NCBI GenBank assembly: GCA_034003725.1
Contig: JAVEYB010000010.1
Location: 44,654-108,653 of the forward strand
Source of the DNA: Candidatus Zixiibacteriota bacterium
GTDB taxonomy: Bacteria > Zixibacteria > MSB-5A5 > GN15 > FEB-12
Reading direction: 5' to 3'
DNA length: 64,000 bases
Shown piece after piece: positions 1-9,466 of this stretch; within the stretch, counting starts at the first letter, position 1; each line of letters starts with the position of its first letter. A program made the translations under genes and the position numbers. The notes under the pieces are model-generated. The model made no database searches. It saw only the letters and a list, made by a program, of their open reading frames with translations, and was not told the DNA's origin.

Positions 1-1688
1 CGTTCCGCAAGCTTACGAACTTCATCGGCTACGACCGCAAAGCCTCGGCCCTGCTCACCGGCCCGGGCGGCCTCAATCGCCGCGTTGAGGGCCAGCAGGT
101 TGGTCTGGTCGGCAATGTCGTCGATCACGCCGATGATCTCGCCGATCTGGTCGGCGGAGTGAGCGAGCTTCCCGATCGATTCGGCCGACCCGCGGACGAC
201 TTCCGCGATCTTCTGCATTCCCTGAATGGTGTCTCCGACAATGCGGCCTCCCTTGGTAGCGGTCTCCGCCGCACCGCGCGAGGCGTCGGTGGCGTCACCG
301 GCGTTGCGCGATGACTCCACGATCGTTGCCGTCATCTCTTCGACAGCAGTCGACACCTGGGCGACCTGTTGCGATTGATCCTGCGCCCCGCGTGCCATTT
401 GCTCCGAAGATGAGGAGATCTCTGTCGCGGCCGATACGAGCTGGGACGCGTTGTCCTTCAATTGCCGCAGAATGCCGGTGAGATTCCGGATCATGGTCTT
501 GAACGACAACCCGAGAACATCTTTGTCCGACTTCGGCTCGACCGTGGACGTGAGATCGTTCTCTGCGATCCGTTCAGCGACCACCGCAAGTCCCCGCATG
601 TACTCAATCAGGCGGCGGAACGAGTCCGCAAGCGTCCCGATCTCATCGCGAGCCGCATACCGGATTTCATGTTCGACATCGCCCGTCGCTATCTGCTCTG
701 CAATGCGCGCCATATCGGACACGGGTCGCGATATCCCGCGAGCTATGAAAAAGGCGATCCCCATCCCGAACAGGATCGCGCCGACGATGAAGATACCGGT
801 CATGGTGATGGCTGAGGACTGTGCATCCTGCATCGCCCGGCTCTGATCTTCGAAAATCTCCTCAAGCGCACTCACCAGCGATTTCGCGTCAGTGGTCAAC
901 TGATCATACTGAGCATTGGCTTGTTCACGCCGGTCGACGACTGTCCTCATCGATTCGCCTATTCCGCGCGTCGCCTTCATGATGCCGTCGATCTGTACGG
1001 CTGCCTCGGCGTCGGCAAGGGAAGCTTTCGCTTTCGTTCCGACCTCGACGATACCGTCGACGAATGCCCACATCTCCTCGGCGTAGCGGCGTTCATCGGT
1101 CAGGCGGTAGTTACGGTATGAGACGCGAAGTTCAACGTACTGACGAAGCATCTCATCGACCGCCATCTTCAGCTGCGCGGCCCGGCTCACGGATGATCCG
1201 CCGGTCGACAGGGCGCTTCCCCACTGTCGGTCCGCACGGCTCTTGAGCGCGTCGTATTGAAGTCTGGCCTCGTTGGCGTCGGCCGTGATGTCGTCCATGG
1301 CGCGCACCTGTTCGGCGGTAACCGATGCCCAGGCGGTCCACGTCTCCCGGTACTGCGTACCGAACTGGCGGGCTCTTTCCACCATGGCGATGCCGGCGTC
1401 ATCATTCAACAATGTCCGGATTTCATCAAACATGACAAACATTTCATCGGTCTTGGCCATCGCGGTCTCATAGTGTTCCTGATTCGTGTCCGTTCGGAAC
1501 GCCACGCGGTTGTTGCCCAGTTCTTTGGAGACAACAATAAGATCCGCCGCGCGGTTGGCGACCGCCACCTTCACGGCCACCGTGTTCAGCCCGTTCCATC
1601 CCGCGTAACCGACTGCCACAGCAAGCCCGAGCACGATGCCGAATCCGATATACAGCTTCCGTGCGACCTTCAAATTCTTCCAACTCAT
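1..1688 (-). CDS. Methyl-accepting chemotaxis protein (3' end runs off the window start)
   Basis: My own minus-strand translation from ATG at 1688 gives [26 protein letters not shown]... (N-terminal TM). A second TM and a HAMP-like segment follow ([40 protein letters not shown]). At the window edge is the conserved MCP signalling core [41 protein letters not shown]. It is absent from the ORF track because no stop lies inside the window. Confidence 0.9.
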   Translation of the reverse strand, partial: MSWKNLKVARKLYIGFGIVLGLAVAVGYAGWNGLNTVAVKVAVANRAADLIVVSKELGNNRVAFRTDTNQEHYETAMAKTDEMFVMFDEIRTLLNDDAGIAMVERARQFGTQYRETWTAWASVTAEQVRAMDDITADANEARLQYDALKSRADRQWGSALSTGGSSVSRAAQLKMAVDEMLRQYVELRVSYRNYRLTDERRYAEEMWAFVDGIVEVGTKAKASLADAEAAVQIDGIMKATRGIGESMRTVVDRREQANAQYDQLTTDAKSLVSALEEIFEDQSRAMQDAQSSAITMTGIFIVGAILFGMGIAFFIARGISRPVSDMARIAEQIATGDVEHEIRYAARDEIGTLADSFRRLIEYMRGLAVVAERIAENDLTSTVEPKSDKDVLGLSFKTMIRNLTGILRQLKDNASQLVSAATEISSSSEQMARGAQDQSQQVAQVSTAVEEMTATIVESSRNAGDATDASRGAAETATKGGRIVGDTIQGMQKIAEVVRGSAESIGKLAHSADQIGEIIGVIDDIADQTNLLALNAAIEAARAGEQGRGFAVVADEVRKLAE

Positions 1689-2059
1689 AATACTACCTCT
1701 ATTCACAAATCATGCCGGTAATCAACCCGTTTACATCCGCCGTCCCAAAGCCGCCTTGTGTCCACCTGTTCCGTAGTTTGATTGATCGGAGCCGGCCTTC
1801 CAATCGGGCCGGCCCCGATCCGCTCTCCCTCGCACCATCCCCTCGGGATGGAGCAGCTGCCGGAGGTCCGGCAGCGCTCCGTCCATGTCAGTCATTCCGC
1901 TGTCAGGCCCAGGCTGTCAATGCTGCTGAACACTGGAATTGTCGGAAAAATGGCGGGATGGTTGACGGTACTTGAGCGAGGACAAATCGAGTACTGAGCG
2001 TACTTGGTATCGGGACAGGGCCGGGCCGCTGTGCTCCCCCCCCTCTGTACGGGGGCATA

Positions 2060-3025
2060 TCAGATCGTTCGGAGATAGGTGGCCAGATTGATGGGCTCGC
2101 TGTTGATGCCGAGTTTCCGACGGATACGCTGCCGTTGTTTGAGGACCGTATTCACCGAAACATTCAGGGTGGACGCAATGTCCTTGCAGGAAAGGCCGGC
2201 TTTGATATAGCTGCAGATTTCCACTTCCCGGGGTGAAAGGGAACTGTACGCCGATTCCAATCGATAGATGTACGGCGCCGTGATCTCCTTGAGCGTAACG
2301 CTCAACTGCTGCAGCAGGCGACGATCCGGCGTATCGAGCCGGGCAATCAACTGGTGCACGATGGGAAAGGCCAATCGCTCCAGGTTGGCGTGAATTTCGG
2401 CAGCCATCTGATCTCGCTCTTCCTGAAGCCGCTCGAGCAACTCGGACAGCGCCGCATTCTTGCGGTGCAGACGGCTCTGTTCCGCCAGCAGAGTGATATT
2501 GGTCGTGCGAAGCTGTTCTTCTATAGTGCGACGCTCAGTCAGGTCCCGAAATGCCGCGACCCGAACCCGTCTGCCGTCGACAGCTATCTCCGAGGCTACG
2601 ATCTCGACGGAGAGGCGTCGACCGTCGCGATGAAGTCCGATCGCCTCGTAGGGCCCTACGTCGTGTGCCTGGATTCGTGGATGTACGGACTCGTCCCATG
2701 AAGGACCAAGCACAAGTTTGAGATGGCGACCGACCAGCTCCTCAGGCTGGTAGCCGAACATATCGGCCAGGACCCGGTTGACTTCGAGCATGCGCTCACC
2801 GTCATGGAGCATGACACCCTCAAATGTCGGCTCGAGGCGTCGGAGGCGCTGGGTTTGCAGCGCACCTCGGGCGCCGTCACGGGGAGACCGTGCCGACGGA
2901 CGCCCGCTCACCTGCTGTCGGCTGTGCCCGCGGGCGATCACCAGTCTTTTGCTTTCACGAGGCGCCACCTTACCGGCGAGCCTCCCGGCGTCCGGCCGCC
3001 TCTGTCGACATCCCAATGATGGCAA
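2060..3025 (-). CDS. PAS-domain / LuxR-family (HTH) transcriptional regulator
   Basis: The ORF-track protein has a PAS-like block (MLEVNRVLADMFGYQPEELVGRHL...GLHRDGRRLSVEIVASEI), a coiled-coil linker, and a C-terminal LuxR/GerE HTH (LSPREVEICSYIKAGLSCKDIASTLNVSVNTVLKQRQRIRRKLGI). The start is uncertain: the longest ORF overlaps the upstream gene by 56 nt, and the internal Met at 2812 would cut into the PAS fold. Confidence 0.8.
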   Translation of the reverse strand: MPSLGCRQRRPDAGRLAGKVAPRESKRLVIARGHSRQQVSGRPSARSPRDGARGALQTQRLRRLEPTFEGVMLHDGERMLEVNRVLADMFGYQPEELVGRHLKLVLGPSWDESVHPRIQAHDVGPYEAIGLHRDGRRLSVEIVASEIAVDGRRVRVAAFRDLTERRTIEEQLRTTNITLLAEQSRLHRKNAALSELLERLQEERDQMAAEIHANLERLAFPIVHQLIARLDTPDRRLLQQLSVTLKEITAPYIYRLESAYSSLSPREVEICSYIKAGLSCKDIASTLNVSVNTVLKQRQRIRRKLGINSEPINLATYLRTI

Positions 3026-5057
3026 TCATCCCTTCGGCATAGTACGGACAGGACGTCGTCACCATTTTCTGCAGTTCCCGACCGACTTCGTCGTCGGTTG
3101 GCCAGTAATACATGACAAGCCGCCGGATGTCGAATCCATGCTTCCGCAATAGCGTCTTCAGCGTCGTCGGTGAATAGTAGTAATTATGGTCAGGGTGGAC
3201 GAGCTCTACACCGCTGCCCAGAAGGCGTATGGTGCGAAGCGAAAACGCATTGGGAGTACTCAGGAGGATGTCACCCGTGAACCCGCTGGCGCGGAGATTG
3301 TCGAGCGCATCGCCGACGTTATTCAGGTGCTCGATTACTTCCGGGATGACGATAACGTCGACTCGTCGTGCCAGATCGCGCAGCAATTCGTCATCGGATT
3401 CGAGATCAAGCCGATAGACTTCGTAGCCTTCCTCCTTTAATCGCTCCAGCCCTGCCGTCTCAATGTCTACGCCGATCAGCTGGTCGGCAACCTGGCTGAT
3501 GTGATAGTGAAGGAAGTTGTCGGATTTGATGCGGGATTCCATGATACCGGCGTCGACGCATCCAACGTGCAACACACGTTTGCCCCGGCAGAAGTCAACG
3601 GTGAACGACTTGCGATTGCTCGATACCTCTACGGTACGTGCCAGTGGCTGATGGAAGTCTATGGTACCGGAAGGTTCAGGCATCGTAGCCTCCGCAGCCG
3701 ACTGCATCGGCGCTCTGACTTCCGCAGAGCGGGCCCTGCTGACCTTGTGGGCAGGGCGACTGCGCCGGGATTCCACACGCTCGAGGAGATACCGGTCTAT
3801 TGCAGGGACGTTGATGTCGGCATTGAAATGCCGTTCTACGTGCTGCCGATAGGAGTCGGAATCGTATTCTTTCGGCGTCAGAAGTTTGACGAAGTCGCCG
3901 ACCGTATTGAAGACCAGTTCTTTCGGAAACAACGTGGCCGCGCCCTGCCAGTTATGAATGAGCGGCTTAATGCCGCATGCCATGGCTTCGATGATATTGA
4001 GCGGACAACCCTCCCACGGGCTGGTGGAGATGACATAGTTCATCGACTTCAGCCATAACGGCACATCTTTGACCCATCCGTGCATTACGACGTGGTCGGT
4101 CAACCCCATCTGCTCGATAAGATGGGTCATATAGACTTCAAACCGTGTTTCCTGGAACGTGCCGGCTACATGCAGGCGATATGACGGATCGAGGTCCACC
4201 GCCGCCTTGACGCATTGCAGCAACAGACCGACCCCCTTCTTGTGGTTGAGGTAGCCGACGTAGCCGATGTTATGGCCCGGATGACCGTCATACTTGGGAT
4301 ACTGCCGCAAATCCACCGAATTGTAGATCGTTGCCTGCGGCACGCCGTCGAGTTGGTTACTCCAGAGGCGGTTGGCATTGGCGCGCATGTGATCGGCAAC
4401 GAAGATTGCCCCGTCGATACGCTTCCAATTGACCCCCTGCATCAGTTGCGGCGTTAGGATCTCAAAGCTGTGGATGTGCGTGACCAGGGCGGCGTCCGTG
4501 GTCTGCCTCGACAGATATACCAGCGGTTCATTGCACCACTGCGACCAGATGATGTCGGCCCACGACAGAATGTCCTTGAGATCCGCTTCGGTCTGCGGTT
4601 TGACTCGGCGCACCTCGTTTGAACGTGCAAAATAGGCCGTGTAGAGGTCGGTGAACTTGTTGTCCCAGGGGTTGATGATCGCAAGGCGCGCGCCGCTCAG
4701 GCACGTCGCGGCGGTCCCCCGAGCCTCCGCCAGAAGGTCGGCGACCTCTTCGTTATCGGGATACTTCGCGGCGAGGGGCTCGAGAATCGGCAGCGCCTCG
4801 CGCAGGTGGCCTGAGGCTCGAAGCAGCGTGCAGAGATTGGCTACAGGGTCGGTAAAAGAAGAATCCGCCTGAATCGAACGCATGAAGTAATCGGCCGCGC
4901 CGCGTCCATCGCGCTGGTGATAGGCAATGACGCCGAGGTTATTCAGAACCCGGCAATTGGTCGGCTCACGATCGAGTAACCGGCGGAAACAGTCGGCCGC
5001 CTCCTCTACCCGGCCCTCGGCCAGCAAGGTTTCGCCTTTCGTCAGAACACTATCCAT
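2970..5057 (-). CDS. Three-domain fusion: N-terminal TPR, GT-B (group 1-like) glycosyltransferase, C-terminal class I SAM methyltransferase
   Basis: TPR-like N-terminus (LLAEGRVEEAADCFRRLLDREPTNCRVLNNLGVIAYHQ). GT1-type motif SPWEGCPLNIIEAMACGIKPLIH. C-terminal MTase motif I-like RVLHVGCVDAG and VIVIPEVIEHL. The ORF track extends to 5096. I prefer the ATG at 5057 (MDSVLTKGE...) with a GGGAG-like RBS upstream. Confidence 0.75.
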   Translation of the reverse strand: MDSVLTKGETLLAEGRVEEAADCFRRLLDREPTNCRVLNNLGVIAYHQRDGRGAADYFMRSIQADSSFTDPVANLCTLLRASGHLREALPILEPLAAKYPDNEEVADLLAEARGTAATCLSGARLAIINPWDNKFTDLYTAYFARSNEVRRVKPQTEADLKDILSWADIIWSQWCNEPLVYLSRQTTDAALVTHIHSFEILTPQLMQGVNWKRIDGAIFVADHMRANANRLWSNQLDGVPQATIYNSVDLRQYPKYDGHPGHNIGYVGYLNHKKGVGLLLQCVKAAVDLDPSYRLHVAGTFQETRFEVYMTHLIEQMGLTDHVVMHGWVKDVPLWLKSMNYVISTSPWEGCPLNIIEAMACGIKPLIHNWQGAATLFPKELVFNTVGDFVKLLTPKEYDSDSYRQHVERHFNADINVPAIDRYLLERVESRRSRPAHKVSRARSAEVRAPMQSAAEATMPEPSGTIDFHQPLARTVEVSSNRKSFTVDFCRGKRVLHVGCVDAGIMESRIKSDNFLHYHISQVADQLIGVDIETAGLERLKEEGYEVYRLDLESDDELLRDLARRVDVIVIPEVIEHLNNVGDALDNLRASGFTGDILLSTPNAFSLRTIRLLGSGVELVHPDHNYYYSPTTLKTLLRKHGFDIRRLVMYYWPTDDEVGRELQKMVTTSCPYYAEGMIAIIGMSTEAAGRREARR

Positions 5058-5510
5058 GTAAAACGCTCCCGTCTTCCGATGTGTGATTGGTCGCACGCGA
5101 CATTACGAGCGTGTGACCGGGCGTCTTCTACCGGTATCGGCGCCACACAGCGCTCCCTTAACGGGGCCGGCGAACAATGCGGCCACGGTCGCATAGGCGG
5201 TGACATACCGGCAGCGGTGCTGTCGCACGCCAAAATGCCCCGACAAGCTGGGACGGCGCAAACGGGACACTGGTGCCGTGCGAACCATCTTTCGCATTGT
5301 GCTGTATTGAGTTAGAAGGATTATCGAGATGCTCTGCAGAAAAACATCCGGGCGTAATCCACTTTGTTTGCACTCGCTCGCAACCCCGATCCGTCCGTGA
5401 TCGTATCTTGCTTAATGCACCGGACTGCTCGCAATTTCCCTTTGACGCGAGAGTGTCGCGCCAATTTCTTTAGTCTTTTCCAGCATCTATATTCATCGCT
5501 TGGAGGTAGC

Positions 5511-8500
5511 ATGTCCAGATTCCTGATTCCGATTGCCGTGCTCGTCATGTGTTCGTTTGCGGCGGCGGACGAAGCCCGCTTGCTGCGCTTCCCCGACGTC
5601 CATCAGGACCGTGTAACGTTCGTGTACGCCGGGGACTTATATACGGCCCCGCGGGCCGGCGGTCAGGCCGTACGCTTGACATCACACGAAGGCCTCGAGT
5701 TGTTTCCGAAATTCTCTCCCGATGGTTCCCGGATCGCTTTCACCGGTCAGTATGACGGAGAGTCTGCGGTGTATTGGATTGACATCGCCGGCGGAAACCC
5801 GGTTCGGCTGACCTGGCACCCCGGCCATCGCAACCTTGCCGAACGGCACGGACCCGAGAACATCGTGATGGGATGGTCGAACGACGGCTCCACGGTGTGG
5901 TACCGGTCGCGCAAGCACGCAATGGACGGCTGGGAAGGCCGCATCTACGGCGCAGTCCTGAGCGGCGGGCTTCCACAACCGCTGCCGATGCCGACTGCGG
6001 GCTTCACGTCATTGTCTCCCGATGAATCAAAAGCGGCCTACTGTCCGACTTTCCGCGACTTCCGCCAGTGGAAACGCTATAAAGGCGGCATGGCCCAGGA
6101 TGTCTGGATATATGATCTGAAAACCAATGAATCGGAAAAGATTACCGATTGGATTGGCACCGACAACATGCCGATGTGGTATCAGAATCGAATCTACTTC
6201 AACTCCGACCGCACCGGGCGTCTCAATCTGTATTGCTATGATCTCGACACCAAAGAAACCCGGGCCGTCACCAGCTACACTGACTATGACGTTCGCTGGC
6301 CGTCACTTGGTCCCGACGCCATCGTCTTCGAGAAGGGCGGCTATCTGTTCGTTATGGATCTGCCCACCGAGCAAATCCACCGCATCGAGATTCAGTTGAC
6401 CTCGGATCAAACCTGGATGCGCCCGGAATTCGTCACGGTCTCCGATGATATCAATGAATTTGATGTTTCGCCCGACGGGAACCGTGCGTTATTCCGAGCC
6501 CGCGGCGATCTGTTTACGGTCCCGGCCAAACACGGCAATACCCGGAATCTAACCAACTCCTCAAATGCCAACGAGCGAGAGATTCAGTGGTCACCCGACG
6601 GCAAGTGGGTAGTTGCCATCTCCGATGAGACCGGCGAGGACGAATTGTATCTGTACGCGCACGACGGCAGCGATAAGATTCGCCTCACCACAAACGGTTC
6701 CTGCTGGCGGTACTCTCCGACGTGGTCGCCGGACAGCAAGAAGATTGTCTTCTCCGATAAAAACCTGGCGGTGTATTCGCTTGACGTTGAATCGAAGGCG
6801 GTGACTGAGATCGACCGCGGCGAGCGAAACGAGATTCGCGGGTTTTCCTTCTCCCCCGACAGCCGTTTCATCGCCTACAGCAAGAACCTCGAGAACCAGA
6901 TCACCGCAATTTTCGTCTACTCGTACGAGGATCGGAAAGTCCATCAGGTTACGCCGGGATTGACGGATGACTTTTCGCCGGTGTTTGATCCCGACGGCAA
7001 GTACCTGTATTTCATGTCGCGCCGAGAGTTCAATCCGATCCTATCCAACTACGAGTTCCAGTTCGTCAACCAGGCGATGACCAACCTGTATCTCATTTTG
7101 CTGCAGGCCGACGGGAAATCGCCGTTTGCGCCGGAGAGCGATGAGGTCAGTATCGATACGGCGAAAGGCGACGGCGACGAGAAGGCCGACAAGGGCGACA
7201 AGAAGGGTGACACGGAGTCGAAGAAGGATGACGCGAAGCCGCCGGTGAAGATCGATTTCGACGGGATCTACGACCGCGAGGTGGCGTTCGATCTGCCGAC
7301 CGGCAACTACGGCGGGCTGGCGGCGGTGTCGGGTGCGGTCTTCTACTCCAGTTTCCCCCTGTTCGGACTTCAGGGCAAGGTCACTCAGGACGAGACGACG
7401 CTGCACAAGTACGACATGAAGGACAAGAAGGACAACGTGTTCGCCGAGGGTGTCGGCGGGTACGCGTTGTCGGCGAACGGCGAGAAGATGATCGTCCGCA
7501 AAGGCAACGGCTATTTCATCATCGGAACGTCGGGCCCGAAAGCGTCGTTCGAGGACGCGTCGGTCAACACGTCGCAGATGCAGGTCAAAGTGGACCGTCG
7601 CCAGGAATACCGCAACATGTTCGACCAGACATGGCGGATGATGCGAGACTTCTTCTACGACCCGGACATGCACGGAGTCGACTGGGCCGGCATGCGGGAG
7701 CTGTATTCGCCGCTGGTCGACCATTGCGCCAACCGGTTCGATTTGACCTACGTGCTCGCCGAGATGATCGGCGAGCTGTGCTGCTCGCACACGTACACGG
7801 GCGGCGGCGACATGCCGAGGACGGGGTCCAGCGATGTCGGCCTGTTCGGCTGCGATTTCGAAGTCGACCGGGGCAGCAACCGCATAAAGATATCGCGCCT
7901 CCTGACGGGCGAGAACTGGGACGACGAGCTTCGCTCGCCGCTTACCGAGCCGGGCATTGACGTCCGCGAGGGCGACTACCTGTTGGCGATCGACGGTCAA
8001 GAGGTGACGGCGGCGGTCAACCCGTACTCGCTGACCGAGGAAAAAGCCGGCAAGCTGGTCACGCTGACGGTGAACGCCCGTCCCACGATGGACGGGGCGC
8101 GCGAGGTGACGATCAAGGCGATCGGCTCCGAAACGCGGCTTCGGTACCATGACTGGGTCCAGGCCAACAAAGCGTATGTCGACGCGAAGTCGGACGGCGC
8201 GATCGGCTACATCCACATCCCGGACATGGGCGGTGACGGTCTGGTCCGGTTCACCAAGATGTTTTATCACCAGATGCGCAAGCCCGGCATCATTATCGAC
8301 GTTCGCTACAACGGCGGCGGGTTCGTTTCCGATCTCGTGCTCGAGCGGTTGCGCCGCACGGTAGTCGCGATGGGCAACTCGCGCAACATGGGCTTCGACC
8401 GGTCACCGGGTGCGGGCATACTGGCCCATATGGTGACGCTGCAGAATGAATTTTCGTGTTCCGACGGCGACATCTTCCCGTACATGTTCCGCGAGTACAA

Positions 8501-8798
8501 GCTCGGCCCGCTGATGGGCACGCGCACCTGGGGCGGCGTGGTCGGCATCCGCGGAGGCAAGGGTCTGATCGACGGCGGGTACACGACGATCCCCGAGTTC
8601 GGCATGTTCAATCTCGACGGCGAGTGGGTGGTCGAGAACGAGGGGGTCGTGCCCGATATCGAGGTGGTCAACACGCCGACTCGTCGGGCCGCTGGGCATG
8701 ACGATCAGCTCGATGCGGCGATCGCGAATATCATGCAGCGGCTCAAGGACCAGCCGCTTCGTCTGCCGGATCACCCCGGTCCGGCGGCGCCGCGATAA
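5511..8798 (+). CDS. Tricorn-protease-like S41 peptidase (beta-propellers, PDZ, C-terminal S41 domain), secreted
   Basis: N-terminus after the signal peptide is RLLRFPDVHQDRVTFVYAGDLYTAPRAGGQAVRLTSHEGLELFPKFSPDGSRIAFTGQYDG, typical of tricorn core homologues. Repeated SPDG propeller motifs, a PDZ-like block (GDYLLAIDGQEV), and an S41 tail (IIDVRYNGGGFV...GTRTWGGVVG). I prefer the ATG at 5511 (MSRFLIPIAVLVMCSFAAA signal peptide) preceded by GGAGG. The ORF track starts at 5364. Confidence 0.85.
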   Translation: MSRFLIPIAVLVMCSFAAADEARLLRFPDVHQDRVTFVYAGDLYTAPRAGGQAVRLTSHEGLELFPKFSPDGSRIAFTGQYDGESAVYWIDIAGGNPVRLTWHPGHRNLAERHGPENIVMGWSNDGSTVWYRSRKHAMDGWEGRIYGAVLSGGLPQPLPMPTAGFTSLSPDESKAAYCPTFRDFRQWKRYKGGMAQDVWIYDLKTNESEKITDWIGTDNMPMWYQNRIYFNSDRTGRLNLYCYDLDTKETRAVTSYTDYDVRWPSLGPDAIVFEKGGYLFVMDLPTEQIHRIEIQLTSDQTWMRPEFVTVSDDINEFDVSPDGNRALFRARGDLFTVPAKHGNTRNLTNSSNANEREIQWSPDGKWVVAISDETGEDELYLYAHDGSDKIRLTTNGSCWRYSPTWSPDSKKIVFSDKNLAVYSLDVESKAVTEIDRGERNEIRGFSFSPDSRFIAYSKNLENQITAIFVYSYEDRKVHQVTPGLTDDFSPVFDPDGKYLYFMSRREFNPILSNYEFQFVNQAMTNLYLILLQADGKSPFAPESDEVSIDTAKGDGDEKADKGDKKGDTESKKDDAKPPVKIDFDGIYDREVAFDLPTGNYGGLAAVSGAVFYSSFPLFGLQGKVTQDETTLHKYDMKDKKDNVFAEGVGGYALSANGEKMIVRKGNGYFIIGTSGPKASFEDASVNTSQMQVKVDRRQEYRNMFDQTWRMMRDFFYDPDMHGVDWAGMRELYSPLVDHCANRFDLTYVLAEMIGELCCSHTYTGGGDMPRTGSSDVGLFGCDFEVDRGSNRIKISRLLTGENWDDELRSPLTEPGIDVREGDYLLAIDGQEVTAAVNPYSLTEEKAGKLVTLTVNARPTMDGAREVTIKAIGSETRLRYHDWVQANKAYVDAKSDGAIGYIHIPDMGGDGLVRFTKMFYHQMRKPGIIIDVRYNGGGFVSDLVLERLRRTVVAMGNSRNMGFDRSPGAGILAHMVTLQNEFSCSDGDIFPYMFREYKLGPLMGTRTWGGVVGIRGGKGLIDGGYTTIPEFGMFNLDGEWVVENEGVVPDIEVVNTPTRRAAGHDDQLDAAIANIMQRLKDQPLRLPDHPGPAAPR

Positions 8799-8821
8799 GC
8801 CGGCAGGGATTTGGTATTTCA

Positions 8822-8853
8822 GGCGGGTCGGTTTTCCGGCCCGCCTTTTTTTT
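8822..8853 (+). terminator. Rho-independent terminator after the tricorn-like gene
   Basis: ggcgggtcgg-tttt-ccggcccgcc (10-bp stem, one mismatch) followed by an 8-T run at 8846..8853. Confidence 0.8.
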
Positions 8854-8898
8854 GGCAGCGGCAGTCGGCAGTGGCGGATTCCCCCGGCCACGGCTCGC

Positions 8899-9187
8899 GA
8901 GCCCGCCCCGACCCGCCACAGGCGGACCTATCGGCCCCGGTGGGCTGGCAAAAGGTGGGGCACCGGGTTCAGACATGTCTTTCCCACTCGAGACGGGTGG
9001 GCGACTCGTCTGCCGGCAGGTCCGAAGACGGACCTCCCCTGGTCGTGAGCCCGCCCCGACCCGCCACAGGCGGACCTATCGGCCCCGGAGGGCAGGCAAA
9101 GGGTGGGGTGCCGGGTTCAGACATGTCTTTCCCACCCGAGACGGGTGGGCGACTCGTCTGCCGGCAGGTCCGAAGACGGACCTCCCC
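8899..9187. repeat. Two tandem ~141-bp direct repeats (period 148 bp)
   Basis: Unit 1 is 8899..9039 and unit 2 is 9047..9187. They are near-identical (gagcccgccccgacccgccacaggcggacctatcggccccgg...ggttcagacatgtctttccca.cgagacgggtgggcgactcgtctgccggcaggtccgaagacggacctcccc), joined by a 7-nt linker, with only a handful of substitutions. Confidence 0.9.
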
Positions 9188-9267
9188 GACAAGTCCGTGA
9201 TATACAGAATAGTGCGGAATGGTACGGGAAACGCCGGGTGTGATGTACCCTCGAAACCGAAAAAAGT

Positions 9268-9345
9268 CGTCGTACAAGCCAGACACACAGTGCGTTACGG
9301 GGAAATGGGTTTGTTTTGTCATTTTTTATGGGACCCTCATTTTTG
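9268..9345 (+). repeat. Copy A of a dispersed ~60-80 bp element (GTACAAG ... GTTACGGGGAAATRGGTTYGTTTTGTCATTTT)
   Basis: gtcgtacaagccagacacacagtgcgttacggggaaatgggtttgttttgtcatttt. This matches 39850..39906 (same orientation) and 40297..40352 (reverse complement). Confidence 0.8.
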
Positions 9346-9466
9346 ATTTCCCCTTCCGGCGGGCGGCTCGGGCAACGGGCTTCGGGTCGATAACGGGGCC
9401 AGCCTACTAGAGGGGGCGGGGAATTTTTACCAACGGAAAGCTATCAAAAGTGTCGGGGGCCGGTGA

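Noticed and set aside
5364-5510. N-terminal extensions in the ORF track, here for the tricorn-like gene. Others occur at 17976-18254, 26573-26671, 31600-31746, 34090-34188, 38228-38473, 41096-41425 and 56307-56489.
   Set aside because: In each case a downstream start has an SD-like sequence and yields a canonical N-terminus or signal peptide. The extension covers promoter or repeat DNA, or overlaps the neighbouring gene.
8852-9346. ORFs of 116-164 aa predicted across the gap after the tricorn-like gene.
   Set aside because: They are translations of the tandem 141-bp repeats in several frames (the same peptide strings recur). They are Pro/Gly/Arg-rich and have no RBS.
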